Origin: Bacteroidota bacterium
Lineage (GTDB): Bacteria > Bacteroidota > Bacteroidia > UKL13-3
Assembly (NCBI GenBank): GCA_027487835.1
Contig: JAIYCU010000028.1
Location: forward strand, 22,930-86,929
Direction: 5' to 3'
Length of the DNA stretch: 64,000 nt
Shown here: positions 10,201-22,064 of the stretch, one piece after another
How the letters are laid out: every line of letters starts with the position of its first letter
Numbering within the stretch: the stretch's first letter is position 1
The notes under the pieces: model-generated
What the model was told of the DNA's origin: nothing
Databases searched by the model: none
The model's input: the letters and a program-made list of their open reading frames with translations, nothing else
Position numbers and translations under genes: made by a program

Positions 10201-13200
10201 CAATAAAGTAAAGGTACCATTGTTATTATCATATGCTCCTAAACCATCAGGTATACCTGCCATTTTGTATGAACCAATGCCGTCACCAACTGTTAAAATT
10301 GAAGTAATGCTTACATCGCTTCTACTTGTTGTAACATATGGTGTTTGAGAACTGTTTGGACCAGCACCCATTCTGAAAATACCTTCTTGTCTTGAATTTA
10401 ACAATTGAATACGTCTATCCGCAGTAATTAAAGTATCACGTACGTTATAAGGATTTGTTGAATGATGCGTTCCCATATATTCTGCAAATGCATCTTGTTC
10501 TGAACCAATAGCCACAAAAGTTGCAATACCTGTCGCTTTAATTGCTGTATCCAAATTTACTCTATTAGAAATATTAGCAGGGAATGGATAATTATCTCCA
10601 CCTAAAGGAGAACCAATAGACAATGGATTAGCCAAGAAGTTTAAAGTAACAATCTTGTACACACGTGAAGTGTCACCGTGCAAATATCCTCCCATTACCA
10701 ATGTATCAAGGATATTTCCTAAAGAATCTGTGATGGCTAAAGATTGAATTCTATTACCTATTGTTTTTGTAGTATCATAACTAAAGGCAGCACCTCCAAT
10801 TTGTGGGAACTGACCCGGTGTAGCGGCAGGTTTTGTTGCAGCAACACCATGCTCTAGGATTCTTTTTAAACCAGCAGCATTTGTTGTTACAATCACAAGT
10901 CCATTATTGAAACGTAAAGAGTTTTCAATGTCTAATTGAGAAATATCTCCGCGTGCTTTGCCAGCCGAAGGATTAGCCAAGGTATTTTCAAAAACTGTAT
11001 TCATGCCAACAGCATTTATATTTCCGATAGCAGAACGAATACCTCCCCCATTTTTAATTGAAACTTTTACCTGGTTATCATATTGTTTAGCATACCATAA
11101 GTTTGCATCTGCCGATAAGTTACCAAAGTTAGTTTCTTCTGTTCTTACAAAATTTCTTCTTCCTTCTAAAAACACATTCGACTTACCAAATTTATTGCCG
11201 TCTTTGTTATTAATAACAGATGCAATTGCAGAAGTTAAGGTTCTAACGTTTGCACCTTTGCTACCAGCAGTGAAACCAGCAGTATAAGTACCATATAAAG
11301 CAGTAACCATTGCAGTATCAGCAGCATAAGCTCCATTTATAGTTGAATCTAGAAAATTTGGAAGTAATACACCTAATGAGTCAAAATCACAGACAAAACG
11401 ACCCACGTATTTCCACTCAGCCGTTGTGTTTAAAATGGCCAATGGCTGGTTATCATTATTAACTGTCAAGATCGGATATCTATCAGCAACTGTTGTTCCA
11501 ACTCTAATTCTATCATTACCATCTGCGCATAATGAATGTGAACCACCTGCTATTATAATGTCTACACCTTTTAATAATGGGGCTAAAGCTTTCTCATTTG
11601 CCAATTGTTGTAAGTGACTCATCAAAATAATTTTGTTGATTCCCATTGCTCTTAATGAATCAATCACTGGTTGTAATACTGAGGCTAATGCCGGCATGTT
11701 ATCTGTACCACCATTAATTACTGTGGTAGCTCCTGGTGAAGAAATAGAGGCCAATACTTGTGTGGTTGCCCCTACAATTCCAATTCTCTCGCCATTAGTT
11801 TCAATTATCGCAGAAGGAGCAATCCCTTTCTTTTGGCTATTAGCAGTAATATTAACAGAAGTTTTAAAACTATCTACCACTAATCTTTGCGCAGTAGTTA
11901 AGTAGCTTAAGTTAGCATCTGCAGCAAAATTTAAATTTGCACTCAAGTATGGAAACTGAGCACCAATCCAACGCTTGTCTGCACCATTGCTTCTAATGTC
12001 TACCCCAATAATACTATTCACTTCAGAAGTTCCTAAATCAAACTCGTGGTTACCAAAAGCTGAACCTTGGAAACCCATTATATTCATCATAGCAATATCA
12101 GTTCTACCAATTGCTGGTCTTATAGCTTGTGTTCCTGCATAATAACTACTAGCAGTATTACGCAAAGGAGTTTGCATACTTGCATCTTCTCCTGCACTTA
12201 AAAACGGACTAGGAATAAAACAATCTCCAGAAGCTAATTTAACTGTGTTAGGATAAGTACCTTCCAAGGTGTCTAATACAGCGGCAAAGTTTGGCGCATC
12301 AATGGGTGCATCAAGTCCACTTTCCATATCTGAAGCATGTAAAACTTGTAATTGGAAAGCACTACGTGAATTCACTTGGAAAATAGCAACGGTTCCACTT
12401 ACCTCATTTGATAATAAGATTAAATCTTTTCCATTTGGACTTTCATTTCTAGGAACAAAAACAATTCCTTCTGGACCTAAATCACCACCTGAATTTAATC
12501 CTGGTGTTTGAGAAAAGTTACGTGTATTGATATATTGAACAAAATAAGGATTATTAGGATTAGTGATATTATAGACCATAATACCGCCAATTCTTTCTAA
12601 ACCAACAAATGCATAAGTACTGTCTAGTATTTTTCCAATAGTTACTGATTCTGGTTCAGGACCTTTATTATCACTTCTATCATCTAAGGCATTTGTATTA
12701 TGTCCAGCATTAAAGTTACTAGGGAACATAGCCAAAGTTCTTTGTTCAAAATCGTCTTTGCTATCCCAAACCAAAGCACCCGTTGTGCCATTCCAAATAG
12801 AAAATGAACGGGATCCAAACGTAAATATACTGTCAATCTTACCATCACTGTTAAAATCACCATAGCGGTTGGTAACATTTAATCTACCTAATGCTCCTAA
12901 AGCTCTCAATGCTGTTACATTGGAAACTCCTCCAAATTTAACGGTATCCAGCACATAGGAAGTAGCGCCAAGACGCACTTCTTCATTGTTTGCAGCACCC
13001 CAATCAGCTCTTGCATCCCCTTCATTAGCAGTTACTAAAAAAGTTTGATTTCCTACATTGTAGCTTGAAATCGCATCAGGTTGATACATTCCAAATACTG
13101 GCCAATTAGCTATAGCAGCTTGTGCCGTAGTATTATTTAAACTTCTATCCGATGGATCGAAACCATTTCCAGTTAAATTATAGTTTTTAAAACCTAATGG

Positions 13201-13998
13201 TAATAGGGAAGTAACGGTTGCCGAATTAATATTAACTACAGCGATTGCGTTGTTTTCTTGGCAAGTAACCCAAGCAGTTAAATTATCGTCAGAAACAGTG
13301 ATATATTCAGGTTCTAAATCTTCTGCAACAGTTGAGTTTCTTAAAAAACTACCTCCTGATTGAATTCTTCCTGTAATTTTTATTTTAGAATCAATTACAG
13401 CAGGAGAATTGAAAGCTGTAAAACCAGCAGTTTGAACATTCGCTTGCGTTAAACCTGCAAAACCACCAGAAACATTAATGATAGAAACTGAACCTTCTGG
13501 GTCGATGGTGTATCCATTGTTTGGTTCGCCTTCGTTAGCAACCAAAACTCTATTACCATTAGGCGTAAAAACAACATTATCAGCATTTGCACCAACTTTT
13601 ACTTTACTAATAAAGTTTCCATTGATGTCCATAAATACAATGCTACTTGCATTTGTTTTGCCATTTGAGTCCAAAATAGCAGCCGCAATAATTCCTTTTT
13701 TGTTGCAAGCAACAGAGGTAATGTCACTTCCATAAGGAGCCATTGAAATAGAACTAATTTGAACTGGGCTAGCAGGATTAGCTAAATTAACAATCCTCAA
13801 AGAATTGTCAGGACCGTTTGTAACAAACATCCTTTTAGAACTTGGATCGTAAGCTGAAATTTCAGCTACACCTCCGTCTTGGTTGTAAGTTCCTATGGAG
13901 TATCTTCCAAGGAATTGCGCATTGATTTGCGCGTTAACTTTTGTGCCTGCAATTGTTAAGAGCAAGACAAACAAAAATTTGTAAAAAGATTTATTCAT
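7285..13998 (-). CDS. giant T9SS-secreted multidomain phosphoesterase: choice-of-anchor-I-like beta-propeller, metallophosphoesterase/5'-nucleotidase (UshA-like, N and C domains), PhoX/DUF839-like beta-propeller module, Ig-like region, T9SS type-A C-terminal domain
   Basis: Signal peptide. N-terminal region aa ~25-545 has a choice-of-anchor I pattern. LQVLHASDMESG metallophosphatase start at about aa 548. 5'-nucleotidase C-domain motifs (FGNLSADANLWY, IKNGGGIRS). Module at aa 1230-1660 paralogous to the 1781..7114 protein. C-terminal LTVYPNPNQTNFTVS...GLYFVQVRIG T9SS tail. Confidence 0.85.
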   Translation of the reverse strand: MNKSFYKFLFVLLLTIAGTKVNAQINAQFLGRYSIGTYNQDGGVAEISAYDPSSKRMFVTNGPDNSLRIVNLANPASPVQISSISMAPYGSDITSVACNKKGIIAAAILDSNGKTNASSIVFMDINGNFISKVKVGANADNVVFTPNGNRVLVANEGEPNNGYTIDPEGSVSIINVSGGFAGLTQANVQTAGFTAFNSPAVIDSKIKITGRIQSGGSFLRNSTVAEDLEPEYITVSDDNLTAWVTCQENNAIAVVNINSATVTSLLPLGFKNYNLTGNGFDPSDRSLNNTTAQAAIANWPVFGMYQPDAISSYNVGNQTFLVTANEGDARADWGAANNEEVRLGATSYVLDTVKFGGVSNVTALRALGALGRLNVTNRYGDFNSDGKIDSIFTFGSRSFSIWNGTTGALVWDSKDDFEQRTLAMFPSNFNAGHNTNALDDRSDNKGPEPESVTIGKILDSTYAFVGLERIGGIMVYNITNPNNPYFVQYINTRNFSQTPGLNSGGDLGPEGIVFVPRNESPNGKDLILLSNEVSGTVAIFQVNSRSAFQLQVLHASDMESGLDAPIDAPNFAAVLDTLEGTYPNTVKLASGDCFIPSPFLSAGEDASMQTPLRNTASSYYAGTQAIRPAIGRTDIAMMNIMGFQGSAFGNHEFDLGTSEVNSIIGVDIRSNGADKRWIGAQFPYLSANLNFAADANLSYLTTAQRLVVDSFKTSVNITANSQKKGIAPSAIIETNGERIGIVGATTQVLASISSPGATTVINGGTDNMPALASVLQPVIDSLRAMGINKIILMSHLQQLANEKALAPLLKGVDIIIAGGSHSLCADGNDRIRVGTTVADRYPILTVNNDNQPLAILNTTAEWKYVGRFVCDFDSLGVLLPNFLDSTINGAYAADTAMVTALYGTYTAGFTAGSKGANVRTLTSAIASVINNKDGNKFGKSNVFLEGRRNFVRTEETNFGNLSADANLWYAKQYDNQVKVSIKNGGGIRSAIGNINAVGMNTVFENTLANPSAGKARGDISQLDIENSLRFNNGLVIVTTNAAGLKRILEHGVAATKPAATPGQFPQIGGAAFSYDTTKTIGNRIQSLAITDSLGNILDTLVMGGYLHGDTSRVYKIVTLNFLANPLSIGSPLGGDNYPFPANISNRVNLDTAIKATGIATFVAIGSEQDAFAEYMGTHHSTNPYNVRDTLITADRRIQLLNSRQEGIFRMGAGPNSSQTPYVTTSRSDVSITSILTVGDGIGSYKMAGIPDGLGAYDNNNGTFTLLMNHEINNSLGVVRAHGSKGAFISKWVINKSDLSVVSGSDLITTVKLWDPIAKTFNTYNAGSPMPAGISRLCSADLPPVTAFLNGTTGTAERIFLSGEESGVEGRAFAHILTGTNAGTSYELPYLGKYSWENAVASPAKGNKTIVAGLDDVTGGQVYFYIGTKTKLGTEIDKAGLNNGKVFGVKVTGLATEVTASIPAANTPFTMVDLGIVRDSTGASLDSRSAANAVTAFLRPEDGAWNPRKTNDFYFLTTASFTTPSRLWRLSFKSIAKPEDGGTITAVLDGTEGAKMMDNMAIDSFGNIFIQEDVGNQAHLGKTWMYNIESDRLIQIASHDTARFLTGGSKFLTQDEEASGIIDMHNILGKGKFLFVDQAHYPTTTELVEGGQLLAMSISELSVGNVAIVQDSIEIGVIDSNSLVNVTAAAVPNADDYRWTVPAGVVIVSGQGTTNLTVRFTNPAKFSSPVAKPRVITCQARILLSGISSKIDSVRITKTRPLFTIAAIIGNPNMSLTKGEWMSTATAGSSANIVNVSSTAGLKVGYLVKVTAGTGNTGLNNTVDSILNTTQFRLKNNVTVGISAGATLKSFIVPQNTFARYISAPGATNALNIITVTSTAGLAEGMSVNLVSGAGTLKAGTVVSKIIDSTKFVLSLTPIVNLSNNAVLAGTPVLTNICPISVTTGFTSEVDYSVVATPVNNIGYRFMLPNGARISRIGDSTIVGYDTATVALLDVFTKSNSIGVVFDNSLTTRTIRVFPYNNAGTGASFGVSVRNDKASIYKVTSTGAAIKNTAVRYRASVTNGSEVTGYRWTIPAVNVTPLSGSALANVVTTTTDTLSLMFGNLFKSGSLRVEAMNSCGTGTSKTFTLNGTTSLNKAGKEIELIEEIEITNLSINKLTVYPNPNQTNFTVSVIAEEKEASANVSILNMMGQVVDEYTFDNNNGVVLGEINHNLTPGLYFVQVRIGSTLNTIKIIVNN

Positions 13999-14117
13999 AA
14001 ATATGTAAAAATTTATGACCCAAATAAACCTAATGTGTGTTACTGAAAGTTCCCTTAAATATTAACTAAACAACATTTAAAAGTAAACAACAATTTCTTC
14101 ATATATAAATCTACTTT

Positions 14118-16424
<2,307 letters not shown>

Positions 16425-16489
16425 TCAAAGCTAAGGGCTATATTTGATTCATAAAAACGATAGTTTCAATAATAACATTGATAAAATAG

Positions 16490-17428
16490 ATGAACATTCA
16501 ACAGTTTAAATATGTGTTAGCCCTAGAAGAACATAAGCATTTTGAAGTTGCAGCCGAGCGAAGCCATATTACCCAATCTACCTTAAGTACCATGATTTCT
16601 AAATTTGAGGATGAATTGGGCATTAAGATTTTTGACCGCAAAAAGAAACCCGTACAGCTAACCAACGAAGGGGTTGTAATTGTGGAACAATTAAAAGTGA
16701 TTATCAATCAAATTGAGCAACTCAAGGAAATCACCAAAGAAGTAAAAGGAGAAATTACAGGCACCTTAAGCTTATCTGTTATACCCACCTTGGCCCCCTT
16801 TCTACTTCCCCTTTTTCTGCAAGATTTTGCCAGTAAGTTCCCAAACCTTAACATAAAAGTGCGCGAAGAGCCTACTTCTGAAATTGTACGTAAGTTAAAA
16901 TCGAGGGAGCTTGATATTGGCTTGCTTTCTATCCCTTTAAAAGACAAGGAAATTTTGGAAGTGAAATTGTTTGATGAACCCTTTTTATTTTTTGATGCCA
17001 AGGCCATTACGCCCAAAAATGTTTCGGCCAATAAAATAAAGGTAGAAAATTTATGCTTAATGGAGGAGGGCCATTGCTTAAGAACGCAAGTATTGCGCCT
17101 GTGCGAGGTAAATACCTTTCCCACCAATAACAAACTTAATTTTGAATACAAAGCAGGTTCTATTGATAGTTTGTTGCGCTTTGTAAAGGCTAATCAAGCC
17201 AGTACCCTCCTTCCCTTTTTGGCCACACAAGAATTTAACGCCCAAGAAAAAACACATTTAAGTGCCTTTAAAGCACCTATACCCTACCGCACCATCGGAC
17301 TCGTAGTGCACAGGCATTTTGTGAAAAAGAAATTATTAGAGGCCCTTCAGCAAGAAATCATTGTAAAGATTTCAAGGTTTCTGCAACCGCTAGATATCAA
17401 GGGAGAAATGTTACTCCCTGTAGAATAA
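16490..17428 (+). CDS. oxyR: LysR-family hydrogen-peroxide sensor/regulator OxyR
   Basis: LysR N-terminal HTH. Divergently adjacent to katG. Redox cysteine pair GHCLRTQVLRLCE has the same 9-residue spacing as E. coli OxyR C199/C208. Confidence 0.85.
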   Translation: MNIQQFKYVLALEEHKHFEVAAERSHITQSTLSTMISKFEDELGIKIFDRKKKPVQLTNEGVVIVEQLKVIINQIEQLKEITKEVKGEITGTLSLSVIPTLAPFLLPLFLQDFASKFPNLNIKVREEPTSEIVRKLKSRELDIGLLSIPLKDKEILEVKLFDEPFLFFDAKAITPKNVSANKIKVENLCLMEEGHCLRTQVLRLCEVNTFPTNNKLNFEYKAGSIDSLLRFVKANQASTLLPFLATQEFNAQEKTHLSAFKAPIPYRTIGLVVHRHFVKKKLLEALQQEIIVKISRFLQPLDIKGEMLLPVE

Positions 17429-17567
17429 GGTGCGTAAAAAACTAATAGGTTCAAACCGAAACCTGCGCCTTAAAACCCTAGCGCCAAAATTGATAGAAAG
17501 GTTTATGGGATATTAATGGTAAATTTAAAAAATTATTACTTGCTCTTAATAAACTTTCTAAACCTGA

Positions 17568-18137
17568 ATGATAATTTATATTAAATACATGGTGAGTTTG
17601 CGTTGCAAAATGATTGTGAAAACTGAACTAGAAAATCTAGGCCTTCATTATATTGACATAGACTTTGGCAATGTTGAAATTTTGGAAAACATAAACGATA
17701 CACAACGCCAAACCCTGCATAAAAACTTAATGACAAATGGATTAATGTTACTTAGCCAAGAAAAAAGTGATCTCATTGATACAATTAAAAGCATCATTTT
17801 AAAAATGATTCATTATGCAGAAAATGATGAGGTCTCGAAATTAAACTTCTCTAATTACTTAGAACAAACCCTTGGCCACCCCTATGCCTACCTCTCTACC
17901 GTTTTTGCCGAGGTAAAAGGCATTACCATCGAACAATATATCATTCTCAATAAAGTAGAACGGGTAAAAGAATTAATCATTTATAATGAATTGAGCTTTC
18001 TAGAAATTGCCAATAAGTTATATTATAAAAATATTTCTCACCTCACTGGGCAGTTTAAAAGAATTACAGGTCTTTCTCCTTCTTACTTTAAAAAACTGGC
18101 CCAGCAAAGAAAACGCATTTTGACTGGCGACCATTAA
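17568..18137 (+). CDS. AraC-family transcriptional regulator
   Basis: C-terminal AraC-type HTH (LEIANKLYYKNISHLTGQFKRITGLSPSYF). Confidence 0.7.
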   Translation: MIIYIKYMVSLRCKMIVKTELENLGLHYIDIDFGNVEILENINDTQRQTLHKNLMTNGLMLLSQEKSDLIDTIKSIILKMIHYAENDEVSKLNFSNYLEQTLGHPYAYLSTVFAEVKGITIEQYIILNKVERVKELIIYNELSFLEIANKLYYKNISHLTGQFKRITGLSPSYFKKLAQQRKRILTGDH

Positions 18138-18253
18138 AGGCGTCCCCTAATGTGAGATTCCTATAACATTATTCCTAATATGTGTAAGGCCTGATTTTTT
18201 AATTGCCTGCATCTTTGCTGCGTTATTAATCTATAACAATTTATCGCAACAAA

Positions 18254-18895
18254 ATGAAAACAATTAAATTCATAGCCTTCGCTGCATTATTAATGCTTAG
18301 CGGCTCAATTTTTGCCCAAGACGCTGCGCTCGATAACAGAGCAAAAGTGCTGTTTGGCCTTAAAGCCGGACTTAATTATTCTAATGTTTACAATTCGAAA
18401 ACAGATGCTTTTAGGGCCGACCCTAAATTTGGCTTGGCAGGGGGTGCTTTCTTGAGTATTCCTATTACCAAGTATTTTGGATTTCAGCCAGAAATTCTAG
18501 TTTCACAAAAAGGATTTGAAGGCGAAGGCACCTTATTAGGCAGCAAGTATAACTTTAAAAGAACTACTACCTATATTGATATTCCGCTTCAAATTACAGT
18601 TAAACCTTCCGAATTTATATCCATTTTGGCTGGTCCACAATTTTCTTACCTCATTAAGCAAAAAGATGTTTTTACCAATACCAGTGTAAGCTTTTCGCAA
18701 GAGCAAGAATTTAAAAACGAAAACATCCGCAAAAACATCCTTGGCTTTGTGGTGGGCATTAACCTTAACTTAAGGGGCGTAATTTTAGGCACCCGTTTGG
18801 GTTGGGACATTAGCAATAACCATGGCGATGGCTCTTTTACCACCCCACAGTATAAAAACACTTGGTTTCAAGCCACCCTTGGCTTTACCTTATAA
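18254..18895 (+). CDS. outer-membrane beta-barrel protein (OmpW/porin-like small OMP)
   Basis: Signal peptide MKTIKFIAFAALLMLSGSIFAQ. Amphipathic beta-strand pattern. C-terminal aromatic LGFTL. Confidence 0.7.
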   Translation: MKTIKFIAFAALLMLSGSIFAQDAALDNRAKVLFGLKAGLNYSNVYNSKTDAFRADPKFGLAGGAFLSIPITKYFGFQPEILVSQKGFEGEGTLLGSKYNFKRTTTYIDIPLQITVKPSEFISILAGPQFSYLIKQKDVFTNTSVSFSQEQEFKNENIRKNILGFVVGINLNLRGVILGTRLGWDISNNHGDGSFTTPQYKNTWFQATLGFTL

Positions 18896-19023
18896 GTTGC
18901 TTTAATACTTAAACAAAAAACTACTTCTCCTTACTTTATTTTTCAAGAATCAACTTTTTGGTAACAAGGCTTTTTGCAGGTTTAGGCATATGTTAAAGGC
19001 CATCCCATGAATGATTAAAAAAA

Positions 19024-19896
19024 CTATGATTCCAATTCAGGTTTTCGGCCAATGTTTACAATATAGCCAAAAGCTGCAGCCGTAAAAAACATCACAAGGC
19101 TATATATCGCAGGAGGAATGCTCATGGCACTGTTCCCAATTACAGAAAGCGCAATATAAATTGCCAATGTACCATTGTGAATTCCAATTTCCATGCCTAT
19201 TGAAATGGATTGTTTTTTTGCAAGTTGAAACAACCTAGGAATGTAAAAACCAATCATCATACTCAACACATTAAATACCAAAGTTACGGTTCCAACTTGT
19301 AGAAAAAATGAAACAACATTGTCTTTTTCCTTCAATAAAGCCACCAAAATGATGGCAACTAAAAACAAGGCAGATACTACTTTAATAGGTTTCTCTAATT
19401 TGCTAGTCAAGGATGGTTTTCTAGATTTCAAATACATACCTATGGCAACAGGCACAAGCACAATAAAAAATACTTCAATAATCTTTTTAAACTGCATGGG
19501 AATGGTTTGGTCTGAACCCATGAAATATATAAAGGAATAATTGATGATAAAAGGCAAGGTAAAAAGCGAGAGAAGGCTATTTGCGGCGGTAAGCGAAATA
19601 TTAAGCGCAACATCGCCTTTGGCCAAATAACTAAACAAATTGGCTGTAGGGCCGCCGGGCGATGCCGACAAAAGCATGAGGCCTACAGCAAATTCTGGAG
19701 AAAGGTTAAACAATTTTGCCAGAAAAAAACAAAGAATGGGCAACAATAACATTTGACAAAACAGGCCAATAAATATGGCCTTTGGATAAACAATCACCCG
19801 TTTAAAGTCGGCAATTGAAAGGGATATACCCAAGCCTAGCATAATAATACCGAGCGCCAAAGGCAATAAAATTAAGGTAATGTAATTCGATTCCAT
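19024..19896 (-). CDS. bile acid:sodium symporter (BASS/SBF) family transporter
   Basis: 290 aa polytopic membrane protein. The LLSASPGGP motif is typical of the SBF family. Confidence 0.75.
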   Translation of the reverse strand: MESNYITLILLPLALGIIMLGLGISLSIADFKRVIVYPKAIFIGLFCQMLLLPILCFFLAKLFNLSPEFAVGLMLLSASPGGPTANLFSYLAKGDVALNISLTAANSLLSLFTLPFIINYSFIYFMGSDQTIPMQFKKIIEVFFIVLVPVAIGMYLKSRKPSLTSKLEKPIKVVSALFLVAIILVALLKEKDNVVSFFLQVGTVTLVFNVLSMMIGFYIPRLFQLAKKQSISIGMEIGIHNGTLAIYIALSVIGNSAMSIPPAIYSLVMFFTAAAFGYIVNIGRKPELES

Positions 19897-19983
19897 TCGT
19901 TTGATAGTTGTTTATAAGTAGCTTATCCTATACAAACATATCAATTTTTACCATTCAAAAAACACCCCTAAATCTATACTAAT

Positions 19984-20556
19984 TTATTGTTTAAAGGGAA
20001 TATCTATGAAAGACCCATTTTGAAGGGTAAGGGTATTTGAATTAATAGCAGCCTGAAAACTAAAATTTCCTGAGATGGTATTTTTAAGGGTGTCATAATT
20101 AGTTATGTTTAACACCCCTTTATTAATTGCATCAGTGGCATAATGTTGTAAAGTTTCGTTGCTTACGAGTGATAGCACTGCATAATTATTATTATCTAAG
20201 ATAAATGTACCCGTATCAGAAACATTACTTATAAATAATGTAATCCTACCTGCCCTATTTGAAGTATCATCCGTAAACTTTCCAAAACTCATTAAACTTA
20301 ATTCATTGGAATTTATGCCGCCTCTGCTAGCAAAATAATCTACACCACCGACTGGAGAACCAGCGGTAGTTTTAGTTGAACTCGTACTTACCCAATCTTT
20401 TTTAACGGAACTACTTCCAACGATTACCTTTGCCATGAATCCAACAGTAGGTTCATTTACCACCTTAACGGGTGCAGTAATGGTTTGTTCTTTTTCTTTT
20501 TTACAAGCCCCCGTTACTAGAAGCAATAACGCAAGCGCGATAATCGTTTTTTTCAT
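19984..20556 (-). CDS. hypothetical lipoprotein
   Basis: Internal start MKKTIIALALLLLVTGACKK gives a lipobox. Placed downstream of conserved element A. Confidence 0.55.
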   Translation of the reverse strand: MKKTIIALALLLLVTGACKKEKEQTITAPVKVVNEPTVGFMAKVIVGSSSVKKDWVSTSSTKTTAGSPVGGVDYFASRGGINSNELSLMSFGKFTDDTSNRAGRITLFISNVSDTGTFILDNNNYAVLSLVSNETLQHYATDAINKGVLNITNYDTLKNTISGNFSFQAAINSNTLTLQNGSFIDIPFKQ

Positions 20557-20654
20557 TTTTTTGTTAATTTTAATGTACATTATACTAATTAGACACTATT
20601 ATTCTAAAAGGTTGCCTCCCCATAAATTATTCCTTTCTAACATCACTTGGCCGA

Positions 20655-20760
20655 TATTGTTTACCAAACAAACTTACCTAATCCTTTTCAATCAAAAAAT
20701 ACAACTTATTTAAAAGCCATGGCAGGTTATGTTAAATTAAAAATTAAGGTATGTTTGGCG
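20655..20760 (-). promoter_or_regulatory. conserved promoter-bearing intergenic element, copy A (core reads GGTATTTTTTGATTGAAAAGGATTAGGTAAGTTTG on the minus strand)
   Basis: Shares the acccaatccttttcaatcaaaaaatac core and the gccatggcaggtt block with copies at 26.4, 28.4, 31.9, 41.3 and 46.45 kb. Contains a Bacteroidetes -7 TAnnTTTG box, 60-140 nt upstream of a minus-strand start. Confidence 0.6.
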
Positions 20761-20791
20761 GCCACCAGGAAACGATGACTGTAGTGTTCAG

Positions 20792-21466
20792 TTATTCCTT
20801 TAACCTTTTTCCTTCCGAATTTATATAAAAATTTTCTCCATTTTTTTGTGCATAAATTTCTACATTATTCTCAACTACCAATAAATCGTAAAGGAATGGA
20901 ATTACTATGTCTCCGTTTTTATTTATTGCCCCATAAGTATTATTTTTTTTTACTATTGCCAATCCATTAAAAAAATTATCAGCACCATCAAATTGAATTG
21001 GAATTTTTACATTTCCTAAGGTGTCTATAAAACCATATTTGCCATTTTTAATTACAGCACAAAGGCCCTCTGTAAAACCTGTGTAATTTTCATCTACTCC
21101 AATCATAATTGTTGTTTTTGAAATATCACCATTTGCACCATACTCATCTTGTTTATATATTCTTGCACCAATAGAAATATTAGTATCTATTTCATAAATT
21201 AGTGGAATAATAATTTGGTTTTTATAATTTAAGAACCCTAACTTATCATTTTGGACCACCTTTATTAGATTATATCTTATATCACCTATTTTGTCATAAT
21301 TTGCTGGAATAATAACATTTTTGTTTTCGTTTAACAGCCCAATTTTATTTTGAACCAAAAATGGTATGTATCCACTTTCAAAAGCGGTTAATAAAATAGT
21401 GTCTTGAGCAGAAACATAAAAACTGTTCAATAAAACTATCAGAATTAACTGAATTTTTCTTTTCAT
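20792..21466 (-). CDS. WG-repeat (KWG) containing secreted protein
   Basis: Repeated KYGFID...G..IP..FD / YGAINKNGDIVIPFLYD WG repeats. Signal peptide from the internal Met MKRKIQLILIVLL. Confidence 0.7.
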   Translation of the reverse strand: MKRKIQLILIVLLNSFYVSAQDTILLTAFESGYIPFLVQNKIGLLNENKNVIIPANYDKIGDIRYNLIKVVQNDKLGFLNYKNQIIIPLIYEIDTNISIGARIYKQDEYGANGDISKTTIMIGVDENYTGFTEGLCAVIKNGKYGFIDTLGNVKIPIQFDGADNFFNGLAIVKKNNTYGAINKNGDIVIPFLYDLLVVENNVEIYAQKNGENFYINSEGKRLKE

Positions 21467-21468
21467 AT

Positions 21469-22062
21469 TTAATCTTTTACATACTGAGGCAGACGACAAA
21501 TTTCTAGTTGCAGACGCCATTTACTATATGGTTCATTTCTTAGAGGCGCCTGTAGAATAGTAATTAATAAAATAGTAGACTTTGTAATGCTATTCCTTAA
21601 ATCTTTGATGCCAGACATACTATTTAGTTGTATTTCTGCTAGTACGGTATTGCTTTTTACAAGCACACAATTATCACTACTATACCGTCTGCCATTTTCA
21701 ATGATGGATGCCGTATAATATGTTTGAGCTCCTGTATCTGTATCTAGAACCTGAGGTATAATTTGATCAATCAGACTCATAGAAATTGTATAGGATACAT
21801 CAGTGTTGAATTTAAAGACGCTCTTTTTTTGCTCTAATTTTTTAAATTCGGCATCACGTACTGCATAATAGATAGAGTCTTTATAAAAAATTATTGTTTC
21901 ATCATAGTTTTTCTCTAATACGGCTGGCTTAGGATCTGTCCAAGTATTAGTAGTGCTATCGTATTGACTTATCAAAGTTTTTGTTACCAGATATTTGCCT
22001 TGAGAAAAAGAATAGTTACATGTTAGTGTAATTAAAAAACAAAGAGCAATTATTTTTTTCAT
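21469..22062 (-). CDS. hypothetical secreted protein
   Basis: Signal peptide MKKIIALCFLITLTCNYSFSQ. No recognisable domain. Confidence 0.5.
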   Translation of the reverse strand: MKKIIALCFLITLTCNYSFSQGKYLVTKTLISQYDSTTNTWTDPKPAVLEKNYDETIIFYKDSIYYAVRDAEFKKLEQKKSVFKFNTDVSYTISMSLIDQIIPQVLDTDTGAQTYYTASIIENGRRYSSDNCVLVKSNTVLAEIQLNSMSGIKDLRNSITKSTILLITILQAPLRNEPYSKWRLQLEICRLPQYVKD

Positions 22063-22064
22063 CT

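Noticed and set aside
2073-13735. Many 60-140-aa plus-strand ORFs inside the two giant minus-strand genes (e.g. 8447..8788, 9926..10348, 10958..11287)
   Set aside because: These are antisense ORFs within long, well-supported coding regions. They are Ala/Val/Pro-rich artefacts of the Thr/Asn/Gly-rich sense frame, and the paralogous antisense ORFs mirror each other because the sense genes are paralogs.
16708-17151. 147-aa minus-strand ORF
   Set aside because: It lies fully antisense within the well-supported oxyR coding region and has no motif support.
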